A stretch of DNA of 64,000 nucleotides from an uncultured virus (IMG/VR IMGVR_UViG_3300012344_000022) (IMGVR_UViG_3300012344_000022), one strand, 5' to 3'; positions 29,192 to 39,908 are shown, counted from the stretch's first letter. The notes: generated by a model not told the origin, from the letters alone. A program made the numbers and translations.

Positions 29192-29926
29192 ATGGGCAAT
29201 GTTGTAAGAAATTCACAGTTGTTTGATCAGTGGCTTCATAGTTGCGGACTGACTTACAAGGATGTTTATAGATGTCTCAATGAGAATGGTATTACAGATT
29301 TCAATAATGTAATATCAAAATCAGGTATACTTCTTGAAGAAGATGACAGTGATTATTCCGGAAGAAGGGATTATCATGGATGTGATGAAGGTCTTCGTAC
29401 GCATGCAGAGAAGGACTTGGACTGTGCAATAGGAAACATACAGGAAAGACTGTTCTGTATTGATAACAAGGATTTCAGAATAAATGAAACTGCTACACAT
29501 AATGGGGATATCAGGAAAGATACGGATATCACCACCAGAAGACTTGATTTTATACACATCCCCACAGGAAAAGAGGTGGAATTCAAGGTGTCTTATTGTA
29601 AGACCATAAATGCCGAATATGATACCGTGATTTACAGGCACAGGGATGGAAAGTTTGCAGATTTTATGAGAAATGGGAATATCATCATCATATATTTCCC
29701 TTATCTTGACAAGGTTGCAGTCTTTGACAAAAATAACTTTATGGATCCGGACAAGCATGGACCGAAGAGATCAGTGAGAATTATAAAGACGGAAGAACAG
29801 TATGGGAAACTCTGGAACATAGTCTCCATATGGAAGGGTATGCTTATGGACTATCATATGATGAAGGAAGGGAATGGTGAAATCAGTGAGAAGATAATAA
29901 GATTATGTGCAAATAAAATAAAATAA
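29192..29926 (+). CDS. Hypothetical protein, possible PD-(D/E)XK nuclease
   Basis: 'IGNIQERLF...RLDFIHIPTGKEVEFKVS' (E...D...ExK spacing). Confidence 0.45.
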   Translation: MGNVVRNSQLFDQWLHSCGLTYKDVYRCLNENGITDFNNVISKSGILLEEDDSDYSGRRDYHGCDEGLRTHAEKDLDCAIGNIQERLFCIDNKDFRINETATHNGDIRKDTDITTRRLDFIHIPTGKEVEFKVSYCKTINAEYDTVIYRHRDGKFADFMRNGNIIIIYFPYLDKVAVFDKNNFMDPDKHGPKRSVRIIKTEEQYGKLWNIVSIWKGMLMDYHMMKEGNGEISEKIIRLCANKIK

Positions 29927-29930
29927 TAAT

Positions 29931-30593
29931 ATGTATAATGTCAAAAGTTTTCAAGATTTTTTGAATGAAGGTCTAATAAAAACATATCCCATCAAAAAAG
30001 TTGTCTCATATATACAGAAGACATTGAATTTGACAGATGATGATATAACTATTGTTCATGAAGGAACAAAATTTGAATCCATAATGGTAGATGAAACAAT
30101 GAATGCTGAAGTTCTCAATAAAGTTATTGAGATATTGAATCTTGGTGGTTATTTTGAAAATTATAGAGAAGATGGAATAATATTTTATGATAAGTTATTT
30201 ACAGAAGAAGTTTTTCAAAAATTAAAAAAATCTGGTGAAGTCAAATATTTATATCATATAACATTATCAAAAAATGATGATAAAATACAATCACAGGGTC
30301 TTGTTCCTAAATATAAGAATTCAAAATATACTTATCCAGAAAGGGTGTTTTTATTATCTGATGAAAATTTGAAAATAAATAAAAATTTTATCAATGAATT
30401 CTGTATTCATTTGGTGAAGCAAATGAAAAAGAAAGAGGATGAATATATCTTTTCAGTTTATCGTATTGATTTTTCAAAATTGAAAAATATCAGATTATAC
30501 ATTATTCCTAATGCAAAGGATTATGTAGGTTATTATACAATAGATTGTATAAGACCTGAATTGCTTGATAAAGTTGATACAATTGTGTTATGA
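29931..30593 (+). CDS. ADP-ribosyltransferase-like (KptA/Tpt1-type fold) protein with capsid-targeting-like peptide
   Basis: MYNVKSFQDFLNE; 'YLYHIT....I...GLVP...YPERVFL...VYRID...YYTIDCIRP'. Confidence 0.6.
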   Translation: MYNVKSFQDFLNEGLIKTYPIKKVVSYIQKTLNLTDDDITIVHEGTKFESIMVDETMNAEVLNKVIEILNLGGYFENYREDGIIFYDKLFTEEVFQKLKKSGEVKYLYHITLSKNDDKIQSQGLVPKYKNSKYTYPERVFLLSDENLKINKNFINEFCIHLVKQMKKKEDEYIFSVYRIDFSKLKNIRLYIIPNAKDYVGYYTIDCIRPELLDKVDTIVL

Positions 30594-30805
30594 ATGATAT
30601 AGATGTTTTTGGATTCAAATTTATATGGATATCAGACAATACAAATCAATGTTCATTGTGTGATTTGAAAAAATCAGGAAGAAATTGTCCTGACAAGTGC
30701 ATAAAAAATGGATATTATAAAATTTTGGGTGGTGAAGATTTGAGATATTATGAAATACATAAATGGATACAAGATAATAAACCTAATTTTGGGAAAAGAA
30801 AATAA
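30590..30805 (+). CDS. Small Cys-rich hypothetical protein
   Basis: CSLC...CPDKC; ATGA overlap with the upstream gene. Confidence 0.55.
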   Translation: MNDIDVFGFKFIWISDNTNQCSLCDLKKSGRNCPDKCIKNGYYKILGGEDLRYYEIHKWIQDNKPNFGKRK

Positions 30806-30852
30806 TATAGAAATAGTGAGATAAGTGAGAAGATAATAAGACTGTGTGCAAG

Positions 30853-31020
30853 ATGAATAAAATTTTGAAATTGAATGACAATGAGAGTTATGAACTCATT
30901 GATAATAAAGGTATTATATGTGAAAATTGTTGTTTCTGTGGAAATACTGGAAATTGTTGGTTGATTTGTAATGGTTATAAATGTGCTGACAGAAAGAAAT
31001 TTATTTATAAACCTTTGTAA
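30853..31020 (+). CDS. Small Cys-rich hypothetical protein (55 aa, not in the ORF track)
   Basis: Read directly: MNKILKLNDNESYELIDNKGIICENCCFCGNTGNCWLICNGYKCADRKKFIYKPL. Confidence 0.55.
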   Translation: MNKILKLNDNESYELIDNKGIICENCCFCGNTGNCWLICNGYKCADRKKFIYKPL

Positions 31021-31091
31021 TTGTTATATTTATAAATATATAGGGAGGCCTTTATTGAGACTTCCCTTTTTGATAAAATATAGTTTAGTTT

Positions 31092-32933
31092 ATGGGAAAA
31101 AGTGTTGATGAAGTTTATAAGACATTATCGGATATAGATCATACCCTTTTGAGACCGGCATCATTTCTGGGGAGTATAATAATGGAGAAGTCAAATCAAT
31201 ATATACTTGAAGACAAGAGATTTGTATTGAAGGAGATTGAATATAATCCTGGATTGATGAAGACAGTTGATGAACTTGTATCAAATTCCATTGATGAATC
31301 GAAGAGACCTGGAACAAGACTCAATACAATAAAGGTTGAGGTTGATCAGGAGAATGGTACAATAATGGTGCATGACAATGGTGGAATTCCAGTAGAGATG
31401 CATAAACAGTCAAAAATGTATGTCCCGCAACTCATATTCGGCAATTTGAGGTCTTCGTCGAACTATGATGATAATGATGACAGGACTTGGGTCGGAACCA
31501 ATGGACTCGGTGCAAAAATATGTAATATCATGTCGAATAGATTTGAACTTACCACCGCAGACGGGAAGAACAAGTTTCATATGGTCTGGACAAACAATAT
31601 GAAGAGACATACGCAGGTAGAAGTGTCAAGATCAAATTCCCATTTCACGAAAATCATATATACCCCTGATCTGAAGAGATTCAGTATGGACAGGATAACT
31701 GATGACATGTTGAAGTCCATAGAAAAAAGAGTGTATGAACTTGCTGGATGCAATCCTGAATTGAACATTTGCTTTCAGGGAAGAAGGATTATGATAAATT
31801 CATTTCAGGATTACTGCAATATGTATCTTGATGATAACAATCCGTTGATATATGAGGAGAACAAGGACTGGAAGATAGGGATTGCGGTTTCCAGATCAGG
31901 AAACTTCCAACAGATAAGTTATGTCAATTCTGTTTATACATATGACGGGGGGACACATATAGATTATGTACTGAATCAGATTATACCTTTTTTGAGGGAA
32001 AAGATAAGTAGGAAATATAAGACTGACATACTTCCTGGACAGATAAAGAACCATCTGTTCTTATTTGTGGATGCTACCATAATAAATCCATCCTTTGGAT
32101 CTCAGACGAAAGAAAAGATGATATCTGATGTGAAGAATTTTAAGACAGAGATAAAGTTATCTGAAAAATTTCTCAACAATATATATAAGAGCGAGATTAC
32201 GAATTCCATCACAGACTGGCTGGATCAGAAGAAGTCCGCCGATGAAAGGAAGGCGGAAAGGGATGCGAACAAGGCATTGTCAAAGGTGCGGGTCGAGAAG
32301 TTGATTGATGCTACAGGAAAGGATAGAAAAAAATGCATACTTTATATTGCGGAAGGTGATTCACCACTGGCATCATTCAGAAAAAGCAGGAATCCACAGA
32401 TACATGGTGCCATACCTATCAGAGGGAAGATAAAGAATGTATATGGACTGTCAGGAACACAGGCATTGCAGAATGATGAAATAAAAAGTATATTTGCAAG
32501 TCTTGGATTGAAAATTGGACAGCATGATCATACCGATATGAGATATGGAGAAATAGCGTTTATGACAGATATGGATAGGGATGGTGATTGTATATGTGCT
32601 CTACTTCTAAATATTTTTTATAGATTTTTTCCTGAACTTATTGAAGAAAAAAGAATATTCAGGGTGGTTACACCATTGTTGACTGTTGTGAGGGGAAAGG
32701 ATGAGAAGGAATTTTATACAATGGATGAATACAATGAGTGGTGTTCAAAGAATGATTCTACAAAATGGGAGGTAAAATATGCAAAGGGTCTTGCAGCATT
32801 GAGCAATAAGGCATCAGAAAAGATGATAAATGATCCAAAGAAATTCTATTTTACAAAGGATGACTTGTCTGATGAGAAATTTGAAATATGGTTTGGTAAT
32901 GATACGGATTTGAGAAAAAAACAATTGATGTAG
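31092..32933 (+). CDS. Type II DNA topoisomerase ATPase/TOPRIM subunit (T4 gp39+gp60-like, fused)
   Basis: GHKL motifs 'ELVSNSIDE', 'DNGGIP', 'GTNGLG'; TOPRIM 'AEGDS', 'PIRGK', 'TDMDRDG'. Confidence 0.93.
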   Translation: MGKSVDEVYKTLSDIDHTLLRPASFLGSIIMEKSNQYILEDKRFVLKEIEYNPGLMKTVDELVSNSIDESKRPGTRLNTIKVEVDQENGTIMVHDNGGIPVEMHKQSKMYVPQLIFGNLRSSSNYDDNDDRTWVGTNGLGAKICNIMSNRFELTTADGKNKFHMVWTNNMKRHTQVEVSRSNSHFTKIIYTPDLKRFSMDRITDDMLKSIEKRVYELAGCNPELNICFQGRRIMINSFQDYCNMYLDDNNPLIYEENKDWKIGIAVSRSGNFQQISYVNSVYTYDGGTHIDYVLNQIIPFLREKISRKYKTDILPGQIKNHLFLFVDATIINPSFGSQTKEKMISDVKNFKTEIKLSEKFLNNIYKSEITNSITDWLDQKKSADERKAERDANKALSKVRVEKLIDATGKDRKKCILYIAEGDSPLASFRKSRNPQIHGAIPIRGKIKNVYGLSGTQALQNDEIKSIFASLGLKIGQHDHTDMRYGEIAFMTDMDRDGDCICALLLNIFYRFFPELIEEKRIFRVVTPLLTVVRGKDEKEFYTMDEYNEWCSKNDSTKWEVKYAKGLAALSNKASEKMINDPKKFYFTKDDLSDEKFEIWFGNDTDLRKKQLM

Positions 32934-32935
32934 AT

Positions 32936-34279
32936 ATGAAGGAAGAAAAGACTATAAGTGATTTTTTTGATAAGGAATACAGGGATTATGCAATGTCAGT
33001 TATTGAGGACAGATCAATTGCATCTGTGTGTGATGGACTGAAACCCAGCCAAAGAAAGGTTATATTTGCTGCGGACAAAATATGGAAGAACAATGATAAA
33101 CCGAAGAAGGTGTTTCAGATTTCCGGAATCACAGCTTCAGAATCAATGTATGTACATGGTGATGCATCCTTGAATGCATGTATCACATCAATGGGACAGA
33201 AATTCAAAAACAATCTTCCTCTTCTTGATGATTGTGATACTCAATATGGTACCAGATTTTCACCTTTCGCCGGTGCTCCACGGTATATATCATCAAAATT
33301 GTCTTCAAATTTCAGACTTCTGTATAAGGATTTTGAAATACTTGAAGGGAAGATAGAGGAAGGTGTTGTTGTTGAACCACCGTTCTATCTTCCTGTGATC
33401 CCAGTTCTTCTTGTGAACAGTTCTGAAGGTGTTGGAGTCGGTTTTGCACAGAACATATTGAACAGAAATCCTAAAGATGTGGTTGATAGTTGTATAAAAT
33501 GTCTCAATGGAAAGAAATTTATAGAACCAATACCTTATTATAATGATTTCAGGGGAGAATACAGAAGAGATAAGGATAATCCGTTGAAATGGTATTGTTG
33601 CGGAAAATATGAGATTATGAATACAACAACTGTTCATATTACAGAAATTCCGTATTCTATGACATTTGAAAAATATGAAAACATATTGAATTCACTTGTT
33701 GATAAAAAGATTATAGTGGGATATGAGGATCATTCTGCACAATGTGCAGACTATATTGTCAAATTTCAAAGAAATGTATTGAATGATTTGAAGGAAAAAG
33801 GATTTATTGAATCTACATTGAAACTTATTGAAAGTGAAACTGAAAATCTTACTGCACTTGATGAAAATGGAAAGTTGAAGATATTTGATTCTATAGAAGA
33901 TATCATAAAGTATTTCGTTGATTTTCGTCTCAAATATTATCAGAAGAGAAAGGATTATCTTATTGACAAATATAAGAAAGAACTTACTGAACTTTGTTGG
34001 AGAGCAAAGTTCATAAAGTCCATAATAGACAAAAAACTTGTTGTAAATAACAAACCAAAGGATGAGATTGTGAAATGGCTTGAAGAGAACAAGTTTGAAA
34101 AGATGAATGGAGATTATGGATATCTTCTGTCAATGCAGATTTATTCCCTTACAAAGGAAAGATATGATGATCTTATGGACAAGGCAAAACAGAAGAAGGA
34201 AAATCTTGAAGATGTGATGAAGAAGGAACCGAAGGAGATGTATCTGGAAGATTTGCATGATTTGAAGAAAAAGTTGTAG
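32936..34279 (+). CDS. Type II DNA topoisomerase breakage-reunion subunit (T4 gp52-like)
   Basis: 'DGLKPSQRK', 'YVHGDASL', catalytic 'APRYI'. Confidence 0.93.
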   Translation: MKEEKTISDFFDKEYRDYAMSVIEDRSIASVCDGLKPSQRKVIFAADKIWKNNDKPKKVFQISGITASESMYVHGDASLNACITSMGQKFKNNLPLLDDCDTQYGTRFSPFAGAPRYISSKLSSNFRLLYKDFEILEGKIEEGVVVEPPFYLPVIPVLLVNSSEGVGVGFAQNILNRNPKDVVDSCIKCLNGKKFIEPIPYYNDFRGEYRRDKDNPLKWYCCGKYEIMNTTTVHITEIPYSMTFEKYENILNSLVDKKIIVGYEDHSAQCADYIVKFQRNVLNDLKEKGFIESTLKLIESETENLTALDENGKLKIFDSIEDIIKYFVDFRLKYYQKRKDYLIDKYKKELTELCWRAKFIKSIIDKKLVVNNKPKDEIVKWLEENKFEKMNGDYGYLLSMQIYSLTKERYDDLMDKAKQKKENLEDVMKKEPKEMYLEDLHDLKKKL

Positions 34280-34342
34280 ATATATTTTGAAATGTGAAAA
34301 TAAATGATTATATTTGCATAAATAATTATATTTTATTATTAT

Positions 34343-35467
34343 ATGAAGTATATAAAAACATTTGATGAATTTATTGATACAGAGACATTTGATGAACGAT
34401 TGTCAATTATGGATTTCATAGAACTCCTGCTTGAAGAGGAGCATAATTCCGGATATGACAATATTGATGAAGGATGGTCATTTGGAACCAGAGGAAGGGG
34501 GAGTGACAGGACTTTCAAATTCACACCTGGAAAGAATGATACTGATATCACATCAACAGAAATCTTCAATGATGACAAGAAGTTCAAATATCATGAGGTT
34601 CTTCTCCCGAAAAGCGGGGTGATGTCATATAATCTTTATAAGATTTCGGATATGAGGATTTCAAAGGCATTGAAACATCCGCAGAAATTCAAGGATATGG
34701 AGAAAAGGAACATAGATTTTGACAGTATTGAAAAATTTATGCAAAGGACTTCTCTTTATATATATTCCATTTTGAAACATAATCCTGTGGATATTATCAC
34801 ATATCCCCAAAGTTCAAGTGAATTCAATAAGGATATGGTTGACCACATTATGAAAAGGATGCAGGGAGCAGAATGTATTCCGAATCTTATGGTGAAGAAT
34901 GTCGATAATGTTTATGTCAATTTCACAGTTGCAAAGGAACTCGGTTTGACAGACAAGGAGATAAATCAGTTGAGACATGACATAGAGAACTGGCAGAAGG
35001 ATGCCGACATATATAAGGACAGACTCAAAGTTGATGAACTGAAAGACTCCATTGCATATAAGCTCGGCAAAAGAGGAAGACCATCAAAAGAAATTATGAG
35101 AGTGAAAGAAGAAATAAAGGCACTTGAAGAACTTATAAGAATCAAGAGAAAGGGAAGAAAAGGAAGAGACAAGACAATAGACTCTGAAGGAAGGGCAAAG
35201 AATTTTGAAATAAAGTCCATAGAGGATAGAAGAAGGAGATCTCTGGAAGGTTTGTTCGGAATAAATCCAAAATTGAATGGAATTCAACAGAATTTGAAGG
35301 GAAAACATATTGTTGTATTCGATGACAATATATCTTCAGGTGCTACATTAGATGATATTTGTCTTGAATTGCAGAAATATGGGGTTGCATCCATATTGCC
35401 TATTACTCTTGCCATAATTCCCAAAACAGTTTATGGTGATAAACATGAATCATTGAAAGATAAATAA
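34343..35467 (+). CDS. Type I phosphoribosyltransferase-fold protein with capsid-targeting-like peptide
   Basis: MKYIKTFDEFIDTE; PRPP-binding loop 'IVVFDDNISSGATL'; CATAAATA at 34317. Confidence 0.7.
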   Translation: MKYIKTFDEFIDTETFDERLSIMDFIELLLEEEHNSGYDNIDEGWSFGTRGRGSDRTFKFTPGKNDTDITSTEIFNDDKKFKYHEVLLPKSGVMSYNLYKISDMRISKALKHPQKFKDMEKRNIDFDSIEKFMQRTSLYIYSILKHNPVDIITYPQSSSEFNKDMVDHIMKRMQGAECIPNLMVKNVDNVYVNFTVAKELGLTDKEINQLRHDIENWQKDADIYKDRLKVDELKDSIAYKLGKRGRPSKEIMRVKEEIKALEELIRIKRKGRKGRDKTIDSEGRAKNFEIKSIEDRRRRSLEGLFGINPKLNGIQQNLKGKHIVVFDDNISSGATLDDICLELQKYGVASILPITLAIIPKTVYGDKHESLKDK

Positions 35468-35536
35468 TTTATTTGACAGGAAAATAATTTCATTTCCTGT
35501 TTTTTTTTTGTTATTTTTGCATAAAATAATGTGATT

Positions 35537-37704
35537 ATGGGATTTGTTTCACCTTATTATTTTTATATATTTGAAATTATATATAAGTCAAAGAGATATT
35601 TCAAACTTGGGTATTCGATTCATCCCATTCAAAGGGTTGATGAATGGAGAAAGGATTGTCCTGATGGAGAAGTGAGAATTATATATACATTTGCTGGTGT
35701 TTCAAGAATAGGTTCAAATTATATACTCATAGGAGAAAGAGATAAACACCCACAGAATTCAGATGCGGTTGTAAGAAAATGGTTTCATCAAAATAGGTAT
35801 ACATCCATACAAGATTATAAAATATCTTTGGATAATGGTTTTTTCACAAAGGAAGGTCTTGACTTTTATGATAAGGACATCACTGATGATAAAATCATAG
35901 GATATGTCAAGGAATTTATCAAGGAAACAACAGAATGGTGTTTTGAGTATTCATATAAACTTTCAAAGAAGGAGTATGATAAATTTATTTCCAAGTTCAA
36001 TGATGAATGTGGATATGTTGATTATAATAATAAACAGTTTTCTGACTACATTCTTGACAAATATAAATTAGATTTACATGATTTTATTGATGTAATGCAG
36101 ATGATGTCATTATCAGGAGAAAGGACTGATTTGATTTCTGTTTGTGATTATGGAAAACATGATTTTATTGATAAAAATGATAAGAAGTCATTAATGAATT
36201 CATATAACCAGATAATTTTGAATTCAAATTATATTGCAATAAAGGAAAGAATAGAAAACTGGTTAAATGAAACAAACAATAGAAAAGAAATCATGGAAAA
36301 AATCATACCATCTCAAAATATAAAACACGGTATGGTTACTGATGATGTATATCAAAGACTTATTCATAATGTTGATAGGAGTGATAATGAATATGTAATC
36401 ACAAATTGTTTTGAATCCATTGAAAATATAAGAAAGGATTTTCCTGATAAACAGATAGTTTGTATTGCATTTACTGTTGTTGAAGCACTTGGATTTGAAA
36501 TGATGGGTGTTGATAATGAGTTTGTTATATTTAATAGAGAACTATGCAAGGAGATAAATAGAAAAAATCTTCTTGATTATTTTGATTATATAAACACAAG
36601 AATCAAAGAAATGGGTTTCTGGAATAAAAAATGTGCAGTTGTTGGTAATCCACCATATAATGTGGGGAACAGTCAAATATATCCTTTATTTTATAAGTGG
36701 TGTATAAATCATTTTGATGATGTGTGTCTTATATTTCCGTCTGGATGGCAAAAACCAAAAGACAAGAAAGGATTGAGTGTCATGAACACCCCAGAAATAA
36801 AATATGATAAACAAATTGTATACATTGACAATATAGATAATGCATTTGAGGGTGTGGATGGTGCAAAATCAACAAATATAATATATTGGAAAAAAGGATA
36901 TGATAATAAACTTGACGGAAGTCAATTGTTGTATAATAATGGAAATAATCCACAAGTGGTTAAATTTGATACATCAAAAGATGATGTGAAAAGAGTTGAT
37001 GAAGTAGGGGAAGTCAAGAAATATTTAGGTAATTTTGTGGGTATGGATACTATAAATACAGGAGGTATGCCATATAATATCAATACATTTTTTCTCAAAG
37101 AACCAGAAAGGGGAGGATTTCCAAATACATTATATGATAAGAGAATACATGATGATGATATAAAAGTTGTAGGATCAATAGACAGAACAAGGATAGAAAA
37201 ATATGTTGATATAAATTATCCTTTCCCTGAACCTGTAAAGGATTGTCATAGGAATTATTATAAAGTATTCATACCGAATGTTTGGGGTGGTCAAAGTGGA
37301 CAGTTTCTTGGAGGAACATATAGTGATATTTATATTGCATTTCCAACAGATATATGCACTGCCACTTATATAGAGTCTGGATATTGCAAAGATTTTGAAA
37401 CTGTGAAAAGACATGCAAAATATTGTATGTCAAAGTTTGCAAGATTTCTGTTGCTTGACAATAAATTTAGTATTGCAAATTCAAAGACTGCTTGGAAATC
37501 TGTTCCTACTCAAAATTATTCAGAAGATTTCTGGAAATCAGATGACATANNNNNNNNNNNNTTCCGGAACATTTGAGAGAATTCATAAAAAAGAATATAC
37601 AACCGAGAACTGTGAAGAATATCATAAACTACAATGATGAACAAATTGTTGATTGTAAATCTTCATCAGTTTCTGTAGAAGATGAATGGAGTGAGTTCTT
37701 ATAA
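35537..37704 (+). CDS. N6-adenine DNA methyltransferase (Eco57I-like) fused to an N-terminal T5orf172/GIY-YIG-like domain; spans the assembly gap
   Basis: 'YFYIF...FKLGYS..P..RV.EW' and 'VVGNPPY'. After the N-run an open frame reads PEHLREFIKKNIQ...EDEWSEFL* to 37704. Confidence 0.65.
37550..37561. other. Assembly gap (12 N)
   Basis: Run of n characters. Confidence 1.
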
Positions 37705-37712
37705 AATAAGAA

Positions 37713-38684
37713 ATGACTATGAACAATATAGTTGATTATGAATCATTTTGTTCCCATATGAAGGAACAGATCGAGAAGGAAAGGATAGAACAGAGCAAAT
37801 ACAAATATAGTGATATATTTGATGATTTTCTGAAAATAAATGGTGTTGATGATGATACTGTGACGGAGGATATGATGGACTGGTATGCATATCATGTCTG
37901 TGATAAGAAAGGATATTTCAATCCTTATTCATTTTATTCTGATTGCTGCAATTATAATGATTATGTCAATGAAATGTTGGAAAAAACAACATTAGATGTT
38001 TTGAAAAAACAGTTGAACATAAATCTTGGTGCAGGTAAGAAATACCATGTCTCAAATTATACAGACAATGATGATAAGATGAATATTCTGCTTGTTTCAA
38101 AGGAAATATATGACAGAGATAAGATATTCAACACATGCAACAGTATGATGTGGTCATTTTCCGCAGTTGAATATGATGAAGGAAAATGGAAGAACCCTAT
38201 GATAGTGGATAATCCTTATGTCTTCAATGACTATGGGTTTCCTTTGATAAGAATTCAGGTTGAACCAGTGAAGACAAAGAACATAACTGATTTTGTCAAC
38301 AATAACTGCAAGGGAAAGATATATCATCTGTGTGAAAAGAAAAATATTCAATATATATTGAAATCTGGATTGAGAATAAAAGGTGAAAACAATAATTACA
38401 GATATATACAGAACAAGGTATATTTCTTTTGTGGTGAGACAAAGGAAGATATTGAGAATAATTTTCAAATAGTCTTGAAGTCAAAGGATTTGTTGAAATA
38501 TGGGATTCCCTGGATAGTTGATAATTATTCACTCCTGGAAATTGATGTAAATGGTTATAATATAGATTTCTATCAGGATGGTTATTATATGGATGATGTG
38601 AGATACATAGGTTATACATATAACTATTTTCCACCAAAGAGACTGAAGGTTGTTGATATCAATGATTTTATAAATGATTTATGA
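37713..38684 (+). CDS. ADP-ribosyltransferase-like protein, tandem copy 1
   Basis: 'IYHLC....IL.SGLR...NKVYFF...LLEID...YTYNYFPP'; N-terminus NIVDYESF..HMKE. Confidence 0.55.
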   Translation: MTMNNIVDYESFCSHMKEQIEKERIEQSKYKYSDIFDDFLKINGVDDDTVTEDMMDWYAYHVCDKKGYFNPYSFYSDCCNYNDYVNEMLEKTTLDVLKKQLNINLGAGKKYHVSNYTDNDDKMNILLVSKEIYDRDKIFNTCNSMMWSFSAVEYDEGKWKNPMIVDNPYVFNDYGFPLIRIQVEPVKTKNITDFVNNNCKGKIYHLCEKKNIQYILKSGLRIKGENNNYRYIQNKVYFFCGETKEDIENNFQIVLKSKDLLKYGIPWIVDNYSLLEIDVNGYNIDFYQDGYYMDDVRYIGYTYNYFPPKRLKVVDINDFINDL

Positions 38685-39652
38685 AGAATATAATTGATTA
38701 TAAATCTTTTTGTTCTCATATAAAGGAACAAATTGAGAAGGAAAAGATTGAACAGAACAAATACAAATATCCCACAGATTTTGAAAGAACATTTGACAAT
38801 TTTCTTGAAGAGAATAATGTAGATAATGATACTGTCACAGAGGATATGATGGACTGGTATGCATATCATATTTGTGATAAGAAAGGTTATTTCAATCCTG
38901 ATATATTTCATATCCATTATCCCAATTTCAATGTTCATATCAATGAAATGTTGAAAAATACATCATTGTCTGTCTTGATCAAACAATTGAATATCTGTCT
39001 TGGTGCAGGTAAGGAATATTATGTCTCAAATTATACAGATAATGATGATATGGCAAATGTACTGCTTGTTTCAAAGGAAATATATGACAGAGATTATATC
39101 TTTGAAATATGTGGTAGAATGATGTGGTCATTTTCTGCTGTGGAATCTGAAGAAGATGTATGGGAGAATCCTATGATGGTTGATGAACCATATGTATATG
39201 ATAAATATGGTTTTCCTTTGATAAGAATTCAGGTTGAACCCATAAAGACAAAGAATATAACTGATTTTGTCAATGACAATTGCAAGGGGAAGATATACCA
39301 TTTATGCAATATAAAAAGAATTGATGATATCTTGAAATCTGGTTTGAGACCAAAGGGTGAAAACAATAATTACAGATATATACAGAACAAGGTATATTTC
39401 TTTTGTGGTGAGACAAAGGAAGATTTGATGAAAAATCTGTCCATCATTATAAAATCAAAAAAAGAAAAAATAAATGACAAATCATCAATAATTGAAAGAT
39501 ATGGTTTATTGGAAATTGATGTAAATGGTTATAATATAGATTTCTATCAGGATGGTTATTATATGGATGATGTGAGATACATAGGTTATACATATAACTA
39601 TTTTCCACCGAAGAGACTGAAGGTTGTTGATATCAATGATTTTATAAAATAA
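38681..39652 (+). CDS. ADP-ribosyltransferase-like protein, tandem copy 2
   Basis: Paralog of 37713-38684; both are 323 aa in the ORF track. Confidence 0.55.
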   Translation: MKNIIDYKSFCSHIKEQIEKEKIEQNKYKYPTDFERTFDNFLEENNVDNDTVTEDMMDWYAYHICDKKGYFNPDIFHIHYPNFNVHINEMLKNTSLSVLIKQLNICLGAGKEYYVSNYTDNDDMANVLLVSKEIYDRDYIFEICGRMMWSFSAVESEEDVWENPMMVDEPYVYDKYGFPLIRIQVEPIKTKNITDFVNDNCKGKIYHLCNIKRIDDILKSGLRPKGENNNYRYIQNKVYFFCGETKEDLMKNLSIIIKSKKEKINDKSSIIERYGLLEIDVNGYNIDFYQDGYYMDDVRYIGYTYNYFPPKRLKVVDINDFIK

Positions 39653-39657
39653 AATAT

Positions 39658-39906
39658 ATGAGACATAATAAAACAAACATTTTTGAAAATTCAAAGTTTG
39701 GTGATCATTTCACCTTTGATGACAAGGACTGTATCTTTCTTGAAAAGATAGGGATGGACTTGTCTGATGGTTCGGAACAGCTTTATAAGCTTGTGGTTCA
39801 TCATTATGTGAAATATACTGATGGTAGTGAAAATGATTTCACATCCACAATTCTTGCCCGACCTGATGGTTTTGCCTATGGTGATAAATATGTGAAACAG
39901 ATATAG
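39658..39906 (+). CDS. Hypothetical protein
   Basis: 82-aa ORF within the operon. Confidence 0.55.
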   Translation: MRHNKTNIFENSKFGDHFTFDDKDCIFLEKIGMDLSDGSEQLYKLVVHHYVKYTDGSENDFTSTILARPDGFAYGDKYVKQI

Positions 39907-39908
39907 TT

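Noticed and set aside
37413..37637. Frameshift or pseudogene in the adenine methyltransferase
   Set aside because: The frame change coincides with the N-run, whose length is arbitrary; a plausible C-terminus continues after the gap.
37713..39652. Diversity-generating retroelement template/variable repeat pair
   Set aside because: These are whole-gene paralogs, the differences do not look confined to adenines, and no reverse transcriptase is present in the window.
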